Below are positions 56,365 through 64,000 of a DNA stretch of 64,000 nucleotides, one piece after another (the stretch's first letter is position 1; the number at the start of each line of letters is the position of its first letter). The translations under genes were made by a program, and so were the position numbers. The notes under the pieces are model-generated. The model was not told the origin of the DNA. It saw only the letters and a list, made by a program, of their open reading frames with translations, and did not search any database. The stretch is from Escherichia coli (lineage in GTDB: Bacteria > Pseudomonadota > Gammaproteobacteria > Enterobacterales > Enterobacteriaceae), in NCBI RefSeq assembly GCF_016903815.1, contig NZ_CP069973.1. One strand, 5' to 3'.

Positions 56365-58341
56365 TTACTCATCTTCAAGATAAGTATAACCGTACAAACC
56401 TGCCTCGAACTCTTCAAGGAACTGTTGTTGCAGTTCAGCATCAAGATCGGTTTTCTTCACTTGATCGCGGAACTGGGTTAACAGCGTTTTCGGATCGAGC
56501 TGTACATATTGCAGCATGTCTGCCACGGTATCGCCTTCGTCAGACAGTTCTACTTCTACGCTACCGTCAGGGAACACGAACACGTCAACCGCTTCGGTAT
56601 CACCGAACAGGTTGTGCATATTGCCAAGGATCTCCTGATATGCGCCGACCATAAAGAAACCGAGCATCGGCGGATTCTCTGGATCGTACTCCGGCATTGG
56701 CATTGTCGTGGCAATACCATCACCATCAATATAGTGGTCGATAGCACCGTCAGAGTCACAGGTAATATCCAGCAGCACAGCGCGACGTTCCGGCACTTGA
56801 TCCAGCCCTTCCAGCGGCAGAACCGGGAACAACTGGTCGATCCCCCATGCGTCCGGCATTGACTGGAACAGCGAGAAATTGACGTACATTTTGTCCGCCA
56901 TACGTTCCTGCAGTTCGTCGATTATCGGACGATGCGCACGGTTTTGCGGATCCAGTTGCTTCTGCACTTCATGGCACATGCTCAGATAGAGTTGTTCTGC
57001 CCATGCACGTTCTTGCAGGCTAAAGGTGCCGGAAGAGTAGCCGATATGAATGTCGTGCAGATCCATCTGACTGTCGTGTAACCATTCACGCAGAGAACGG
57101 CGAGTTCCCGGTTCGTGCATCTCCTGCCAGGTTTCCCACATGCTTTGCAGCGCGCGCGGCGCATCTTCTGCAGGCGCGGTCGGCACCGTGTATTCGTTAC
57201 GTTCCACGCCGATGATATTAGACACCAGCACGGTGTGATGCGCAGTCACCGCACGACCCGATTCGGTGATTACCGTCGGATGCGGCAGACCGTTTTCTTC
57301 ACACGCATCACCAATCGCCCAGATGATGTTGTTGGCATATTCATTGAGGCCGTAGTTTACGGAGCAGTCAGACTGCGAACGGGTGCCTTCATAGTCCACG
57401 CCCAGACCGCCGCCGACGTCGAAGCACTGAATATTGACGCCCAGCTTGTGCAGTTCCACATAGAAACGCGCCGATTCACGAACGCCTGTGGCGATATCGC
57501 GAATATTCGCCATCTGCGAACCGAGGTGGAAGTGCAGTAGTTGCAGGCTGTCGAGACGCCCGGCTTCACGCAGGGTTTCAACCAGTTGCAGTACCTGAGT
57601 CGCAGCCAGGCCGAACTTCGATTTTTCCCCGCCGGAGGACTGCCATTTACCCGAGCCCTGCGAAGCCAGACGTGCACGCACGCCCAGACGAGGAACGACA
57701 TTCAGACGTTCTGCTTCATCCAGCACAATGGCGATTTCTGACATCTTCTCAATGACCAGGTAGACCTTGTGGCCCATCTTCTCGCCAATTAATGCCAGGC
57801 GGATATATTCGCGGTCTTTATAACCGTTGCAGACGATGACGCTACGGGTCATGCCAGCATGTGCCAGCACCGCCATCAACTCTGCTTTCGAGCCTGCTTC
57901 CAGTCCCAGCGGTTCGCCCGAATGAATCAGGGACTCAATCACGCGGCGGTGCTGGTTAACTTTGATCGGATAAACAAGGAAGTAATCGCCGTTATAGCCG
58001 TAGGATTCCCGCGCACGTTTGAACGCGGCGTTAATGGAACGCAAACGGTGCTGCAGGATCTGTGGGAAACAGAACAGTGCAGGCAGACGCTGACCCTGTG
58101 CTTCACGAGTTTTCACTAACTGCGCGAGATCGACGCGAGCTTCCGGGACGTCCGGGTCCGGGCACACGCTGATGTGGCCCAGCTCGTTAACGTCATAGTA
58201 GTTATTGCCCCACCAGGCAATATTGTAAGTACGCAGCATCTTGCTGGCTTCCTGGGAGCTCATTGCAACCTCCTGCATGGAGCGTAGTACACCGTGTTCG
58301 CCCGCTGACGAAGGCAAACCCATAGACATGTCGTCAGACAT
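56365..58341 (-). CDS. speA: Biosynthetic arginine decarboxylase; start at [12 protein letters not shown]
   Basis: 658-aa PLP-dependent Orn/Arg/DAP decarboxylase family protein. Confidence 0.95.
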
Positions 58342-58349
58342 AGCGAACC

Positions 58350-58481
58350 TCAAATTATTTTATTAAGTGTAAAACAGTTAACGACTATCGCAGCCTGGAA
58401 CTGCGATAACAACCCATAAGCACATGGATTTTCCAGCAGTGTATGCTGACGCTCCGACTGCGCAACCGGTTTCTTTTTCAT
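58350..58481 (-). CDS. yqgB: Small protein YqgB (43 aa: [43 protein letters not shown])
   Basis: Short ORF immediately upstream of speA on the same strand, found by direct translation; matches recalled K-12 yqgB; below ORF-track cutoff. Confidence 0.55.
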
Positions 58482-58616
58482 AACATTATTAAGCACATAA
58501 CCGAACGTAAGTGTGACAGTTCGGCGAAACCACGAGAAAACTCTTGTTTTTACAAGAGCGCCCTTGTTCAGTCCTCAGTAACTGTAACCAGCTCTTGAAT
58601 CCTGAGAAGCGCCGAG

Positions 58617-58832
58617 ATGGGTATAACATCGGCAGGTATGCAAAGCAGAGATGCAGAGTGCGGGGAACGAATCTTCACCAGAACGGTGAGACAGGTTAAG
58701 CAGCAGACAACGGTTCATTATTTCGTATCACCTCCACGGCCGCCTGTTAAGACGAACCCACAAGCCAAAACTCTGATTTCAACCCGGCTGGAAGTGGCAA
58801 CACGAAAGAAACGTCGTGTGCTTTTTATTTAA
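58617..58832 (+). CDS. yqgC: Hypothetical small ORF (K-12 yqgC-like, 71 aa); coding status doubtful
   Basis: ORF-track entry [24 protein letters not shown]...; basic, low-complexity; positional equivalence to K-12 annotation only. Confidence 0.3.
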
Positions 58833-59095
58833 GCCGCGCGCCGCGTTTTATACCCCACAATGGCAGAAAATTGCAAAAGATAAATACGCAGAATGCCGGC
58901 ATTGTCAGGAAAAATTTCCAGCCACGTTTTTAACAGAATGAGACACGATTCAAAAAAAAGTGGAAATCGGGTGAAGAATTGACCTAAAATAGCCATCCAG
59001 ATGTTAATCCATCCATACCGATTAACACTCAGACTGCCAGTGTTTTTAACCTGCAGAGTCGTGGTAGGATCCGCTACCACAGAAAATCCACACAA
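58829..59095 (-). CDS. yqgD: Hypothetical small ORF (K-12 yqgD-like); coding status doubtful
   Basis: ORF-track entry [23 protein letters not shown]... overlapping the metK upstream region. Confidence 0.3.
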
Positions 59096-59135
59096 CAGTT
59101 TGAGCTAACCAAATTCTCTTTAGGTGATATTAAAT

Positions 59136-60290
59136 ATGGCAAAACACCTTTTTACGTCCGAGTCCGTCTCTGAAGGGCATCCTGACAAAATTGCTGACCA
59201 AATCTCTGATGCCGTTTTAGACGCGATCCTCGAACAGGATCCGAAAGCACGCGTTGCTTGCGAAACCTACGTAAAAACCGGCATGGTTTTAGTTGGCGGC
59301 GAAATCACCACTAGCGCCTGGGTAGACATCGAAGAGATCACCCGTAACACCGTTCGCGAAATTGGCTATGTACATTCCGACATGGGCTTTGACGCTAACT
59401 CCTGTGCGGTTCTGAGTGCTATCGGCAAACAGTCTCCTGACATCAACCAGGGCGTTGACCGTGCCGATCCGCTGGAACAGGGCGCGGGTGACCAGGGTCT
59501 GATGTTTGGCTACGCAACTAATGAAACCGACGTGCTGATGCCAGCACCTATCACCTATGCACACCGTCTGGTACAGCGTCAGGCTGAAGTGCGTAAAAAC
59601 GGTACTCTGCCGTGGCTGCGCCCGGACGCGAAAAGCCAGGTGACTTTCCAGTATGACGACGGCAAAATCGTTGGTATTGATGCTGTCGTGCTTTCCACTC
59701 AGCACTCTGAAGAGATCGACCAGAAATCGCTGCAAGAAGCGGTAATGGAAGAGATCATCAAGCCGATTCTGCCCGCTGAATGGCTGACTTCTGCCACCAA
59801 ATTCTTCATCAACCCGACCGGTCGTTTTGTTATCGGTGGCCCGATGGGTGACTGCGGTCTGACTGGTCGTAAAATTATCGTTGATACCTACGGCGGCATG
59901 GCACGTCACGGTGGCGGAGCATTCTCTGGTAAAGATCCATCAAAAGTGGACCGTTCCGCAGCCTACGCAGCACGTTATGTCGCGAAAAACATCGTTGCTG
60001 CTGGCCTGGCCGATCGTTGTGAAATTCAGGTTTCCTACGCAATCGGCGTGGCTGAACCGACCTCCATCATGGTAGAAACTTTCGGTACTGAGAAAGTGCC
60101 TTCTGAACAACTGACTCTGCTGGTACGTGAGTTCTTCGACCTGCGCCCATACGGTCTGATTCAGATGCTGGATCTGCTGCACCCGATCTACAAAGAAACC
60201 GCAGCATACGGTCACTTTGGTCGTGAACATTTCCCGTGGGAAAAAACCGACAAAGCGCAGCTGCTGCGCGATGCTGCCGGTCTGAAGTAA
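59136..60290 (+). CDS. metK: S-adenosylmethionine synthetase; start at [18 protein letters not shown]
   Basis: 384-aa protein matching MetK (GGGAFSGKD motif). Confidence 0.97.
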
Positions 60291-60310
60291 TCTTTCTTCA
60301 CCTGCTTTCA

Positions 60311-60342
60311 AAGGCCAGCCTCGCGCTGGCCTTTTTCTTTTA
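60311..60342 (+). terminator. Intrinsic terminator of metK
   Basis: AAGGCCAGCCTCGCGCTGGCCTTTTTCTTTT: GC hairpin plus T-run. Confidence 0.8.
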
Positions 60343-60725
60343 CCTCACCGCGGTGGATAGGCATTCACGCCGCATCCGGCAAAAAGCTGCCCGCACAATA
60401 ACATCATTCTTCCTCAACACGTTTTATCGCAAATTATCATCACTACTGAAACCGATTACACCAATAACACCAGCCAAATATTTGTAATATTTTCATATTA
60501 TTATTCAGTTTTCACAGTTGTTACATTTCTTTTCAGTAAAGTCTTAATTGCAGATAACAGCGTTTAATCTATGATGATATAACTCAATTATTTTCATGCA
60601 CTTAAACCATAACTAAGATAAATGTTAGTGTAAGCGATTACACTGATGTGATTTGCTTCACATCTTTTTACGTCGTACTCACCTATCTTAATTCACAATA
60701 AAAAATAACCATATTGGAGGGCATC

Positions 60726-62120
60726 ATGCCTGACGCTAAAAAACAGGGGCGGTCAAACAAGGCAATGACGTTTTTCGTCTGCTTCCTTGCCGCTCTGGCG
60801 GGATTACTCTTTGGCCTGGATATCGGTGTAATTGCTGGCGCACTGCCGTTTATTGCAGATGAATTCCAGATTACTTCGCACACGCAAGAATGGGTCGTAA
60901 GCTCCATGATGTTCGGTGCGGCAGTCGGTGCGGTGGGCAGCGGCTGGCTCTCCTTTAAACTCGGGCGCAAAAAGAGCCTGATGATCGGCGCAATTTTGTT
61001 TGTTGCCGGTTCGCTGTTCTCTGCGGCTGCGCCAAACGTTGAAGTACTGATTCTTTCCCGCGTTCTACTGGGGCTGGCGGTGGGTGTGGCCTCTTATACC
61101 GCACCGCTGTACCTCTCTGAAATTGCGCCGGAAAAAATTCGTGGCAGTATGATCTCGATGTATCAGTTGATGATCACTATCGGGATCCTCGGTGCTTATC
61201 TTTCTGATACAGCCTTCAGCTACACCGGTGCATGGCGCTGGATGCTGGGTGTGATTATCATCCCGGCAATTTTGCTGCTGATTGGTGTCTTCTTCCTGCC
61301 AGACAGCCCACGTTGGTTTGCCGCCAAACGCCGTTTTGTTGATGCCGAACGCGTGCTGCTACGCCTGCGTGACACCAGCGCGGAAGCGAAACGCGAACTG
61401 GATGAAATCCGTGAAAGTTTGCAGGTTAAACAGAGTGGCTGGGCGCTGTTTAAAGAGAACAGCAACTTCCGCCGCGCGGTGTTCCTTGGCGTACTGTTGC
61501 AGGTAATGCAGCAATTCACCGGGATGAACGTCATCATGTATTACGCGCCGAAAATCTTCGAACTGGCGGGTTATACCAACACTACCGAGCAAATGTGGGG
61601 GACCGTGATTGTCGGCCTGACCAACGTACTTGCCACCTTTATCGCAATCGGCCTTGTTGACCGCTGGGGACGTAAACCAACGCTAACGCTGGGCTTCCTG
61701 GTGATGGCTGCTGGCATGGGCGTACTCGGTACAATGATGCATATCGGTATTCACTCTCCGTCGGCGCAGTATTTCGCCATCGCCATGCTGCTGATGTTTA
61801 TTGTCGGTTTTGCCATGAGTGCCGGTCCGCTGATTTGGGTACTGTGCTCCGAAATTCAGCCGCTGAAAGGCCGCGATTTTGGCATCACCTGCTCCACTGC
61901 CACCAACTGGATTGCCAACATGATCGTTGGCGCAACGTTCCTGACCATGCTCAACACGCTGGGTAACGCCAACACCTTCTGGGTGTATGCGGCTCTGAAC
62001 GTACTGTTTATCCTGCTGACATTGTGGCTGGTACCGGAAACCAAACACGTTTCGCTGGAACATATTGAACGTAATCTGATGAAAGGTCGTAAACTGCGCG
62101 AAATAGGCGCTCACGATTAA
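60726..62120 (+). CDS. galP: Galactose:H+ symporter GalP (MFS sugar porter); start at [12 protein letters not shown]
   Basis: 464-aa 12-TM MFS protein with sugar-porter signatures ([16 protein letters not shown]-like PDSPRW). Confidence 0.95.
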   Translation: MPDAKKQGRSNKAMTFFVCFLAALAGLLFGLDIGVIAGALPFIADEFQITSHTQEWVVSSMMFGAAVGAVGSGWLSFKLGRKKSLMIGAILFVAGSLFSAAAPNVEVLILSRVLLGLAVGVASYTAPLYLSEIAPEKIRGSMISMYQLMITIGILGAYLSDTAFSYTGAWRWMLGVIIIPAILLLIGVFFLPDSPRWFAAKRRFVDAERVLLRLRDTSAEAKRELDEIRESLQVKQSGWALFKENSNFRRAVFLGVLLQVMQQFTGMNVIMYYAPKIFELAGYTNTTEQMWGTVIVGLTNVLATFIAIGLVDRWGRKPTLTLGFLVMAAGMGVLGTMMHIGIHSPSAQYFAIAMLLMFIVGFAMSAGPLIWVLCSEIQPLKGRDFGITCSTATNWIANMIVGATFLTMLNTLGNANTFWVYAALNVLFILLTLWLVPETKHVSLEHIERNLMKGRKLREIGAHD

Positions 62121-62129
62121 TCTCCCCAA

Positions 62130-62153
62130 GCTTCCTCCCATCGCGGAGGAAGC
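62130..62153 (+). terminator. Hairpin terminator after galP
   Basis: GCTTCCTCCCATCGCGGAGGAAGC perfect 9-bp stem followed by T-rich tract. Confidence 0.6.
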
Positions 62154-62196
62154 CACCTCTTGCAGTCATCTTTTCTTCGCTCTATCCTCTGCCGCT

Positions 62197-62694
62197 ATGA
62201 AAACATCCCGTCTCCCTATCGCCATCCAACAGGCCGTTATGCGTCGCCTGCGGGAAAAACTCGCCCAGGCCAACCTGAAGCTAGGGCGTAACTACCCGGA
62301 GCCAAAACTCTCTTACACCCAGCGCGGAACCTCCGCCGGAACAGCCTGGCTGGAAAGCTATGAAATTCGCCTCAATCCCGTTTTGCTGTTGGAAAACAGT
62401 GAAGCCTTTATTGAAGAAGTGGTGCCGCACGAACTGGCACATTTGCTGGTATGGAAACATTTCGGCCGCGTAGCGCCACATGGCAAAGAGTGGAAGTGGA
62501 TGATGGAAAACGTGCTGGGTGTTCCCGCCCGTCGTACGCATCAGTTCGAACTGCAATCCGTGCGTCGCAACACCTTCCCCTACCGCTGCAAGTGCCAGGA
62601 GCATCAGCTTACCGTACGCCGCCATAATCGCGTAGTTCGTGGCGAGGCCGTCTATCGCTGTGTTCACTGCGGTGAACAGCTGGTTGCGAAATAA
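62197..62694 (+). CDS. sprT: SprT-like zinc metalloprotease-fold protein (YggI)
   Basis: 165-aa ORF; HELAH zinc motif, C-terminal CxxC...CxxC zinc ribbon. Confidence 0.9.
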   Translation: MKTSRLPIAIQQAVMRRLREKLAQANLKLGRNYPEPKLSYTQRGTSAGTAWLESYEIRLNPVLLLENSEAFIEEVVPHELAHLLVWKHFGRVAPHGKEWKWMMENVLGVPARRTHQFELQSVRRNTFPYRCKCQEHQLTVRRHNRVVRGEAVYRCVHCGEQLVAK

Positions 62695-62788
62695 CCATCT
62701 GAACTATCAGGAACTTTCCTGATCTGGCTGATTGCATACCAAAACAACTTTCGCTACGTTGCTGGCTCGTTTTAACACGGAGTAAGTG

Positions 62789-63496
62789 ATGTACCGTTAT
62801 TTGTCTATTGCTGCGGTGGTACTGAGCGCAGCATTTTCCGGCCCGGCGTTGGCCGAAGGTATCAATAGTTTTTCTCAGGCGAAAGCCGCGGCGGTAAAAG
62901 TCCACGCTGACGCGCCCGGTACGTTTTATTGCGGATGTAAAATTAACTGGCAGGGCAAAAAAGGCGTTGTTGATCTGCAATCGTGCGGCTATCAGGTGCG
63001 CAAAAATGAAAACCGCGCCAGCCGCGTAGAGTGGGAACACGTCGTTCCCGCCTGGCAATTCGGTCACCAGCGCCAGTGCTGGCAGGACGGTGGACGTAAA
63101 AACTGCGCTAAAGATCCGGTCTATCGCAAGATGGAAAGCGATATGCATAACCTGCAGCCGTCAGTCGGTGAGGTGAATGGCGATCGCGGCAACTTTATGT
63201 ACAGCCAGTGGAATGGCGGCGAAGGCCAGTACGGTCAATGCGCCATGAAGGTCGATTTCAAAGAAAAAGCTGCCGAACCACCAGCGCGTGCACGCGGTGC
63301 CATTGCGCGCACCTACTTCTATATGCGCGACCAATACAACCTGACACTCTCTCGCCAGCAAACGCAGCTGTTCAACGCATGGAACAAGATGTATCCGGTT
63401 ACCGACTGGGAGTGCGAGCGCGATGAACGCATCGCGAAGGTGCAGGGCAATCATAACCCGTATGTGCAACGCGCTTGCCAGGCGCGAAAGAGCTAA
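62789..63496 (+). CDS. endA: Periplasmic DNA-specific endonuclease I; start at [14 protein letters not shown]
   Basis: 235-aa secreted protein matching EndA. Confidence 0.94.
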
Positions 63497-63575
63497 CCTA
63501 CACTAGCGGGATTCTTTTTGTTAACCCCTACCCCACGCGTACAACCGCGTGGGGAGACGACGCGGATTTTTAACT

Positions 63576-64000
63576 ATGCGTATCCCCCGCATTTATCATC
63601 CTGAACCACTGACCAGCCATTCTCACATCGCGCTTTGCGAAGATGCCGCCAACCATATCGGGCGCGTACTGCGCATGGGGCCGGGGCAGGCGTTGCAATT
63701 GTTTGACGGTAGCAACCAGGTCTTTGACGCCGAAATTACCAGCGCCAGCAAAAAAAGCGTGGAAGTGAAGGTGCTGGAAGGCCAGCTCGACGATCGCGAA
63801 TCTCCGCTGCATATTCACCTCGGTCAGGTGATGTCGCGTGGTGAAAAAATGGAATTTACGATCCAGAAATCGATCGAACTCGGTGTAAGCCTCATTACGC
63901 CACTTTTTTCTGAGCGCTGCGGCGTTAAACTGGATAGTGAACGTCTGAACAAGAAGCTCCAGCAGTGGCAGAAGATTGCAATTGCTGCCTGTGAGCAGTG
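63576..64000 (+). CDS. rsmE: 16S rRNA m3U1498 methyltransferase RsmE (YggJ), 3'-truncated by window end
   Basis: [54 protein letters not shown]... reading to window edge. Confidence 0.88.
   Translation, partial: MRIPRIYHPEPLTSHSHIALCEDAANHIGRVLRMGPGQALQLFDGSNQVFDAEITSASKKSVEVKVLEGQLDDRESPLHIHLGQVMSRGEKMEFTIQKSIELGVSLITPLFSERCGVKLDSERLNKKLQQWQKIAIAACEQ

Noticed and set aside
58833-59135. SAM riboswitch or MetJ boxes upstream of metK
   Set aside because: Enterobacterial metK is not riboswitch-controlled, and I could not see clear AGACGTCT-type tandem boxes by eye; left unannotated rather than guessed.

Overview
This window is Escherichia coli (or Shigella) chromosome, colinear with the K-12 region running uacT to rsmE (about 65 to 66 min), preceded by a rearranged, IS-rich junction next to tRNA-Gly glyU. 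Gene identities and K-12 comparisons are from memory of the protein sequences and gene order; no database search was run. From 3.9 kb onward the content is ordinary core genome: uacT-yqfG-idi, lysS-prfB-recJ-dsbC-xerD, fldB, ygfX/sdhE, ygfZ, yqfA, yqfB, bglA, ygfF, gcvTHP, ubiI-ubiH-pepP-ygfB, zapA-ssrS-ygfA, ibsC/sibC, serA, rpiA, argP, scpA-argK-scpB-scpC, ygfI, yggE, argO, mscS, fbaA-pgk-epd, yggC-yggD-yggF-yggP-cmtA-cmtB, tktA, loiP, speB-speA, yqgB, metK, galP, sprT, endA and the start of rsmE. The first 3.7 kb is the only non-K-12-like part: a window-truncated IS3 inserted into a lipoprotein gene, glyU, ygeR, then a complete IS1 lacking a target-site duplication and abutting the uacT promoter region, which is most simply read as an IS1-associated loss of the roughly 30 kb xdh/ygf purine-catabolism cluster. 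I found no CRISPR array, no prophage and no clearly novel system. The least characterised content is the cryptic cmtBA-yggPFDC sugar-phosphate cluster, the IS-disrupted lipoprotein gene and a GC-rich palindromic repeat family bracketing gcvP. Coordinates of RNA genes, repeats and terminators are hand-derived and approximate to a few nt.
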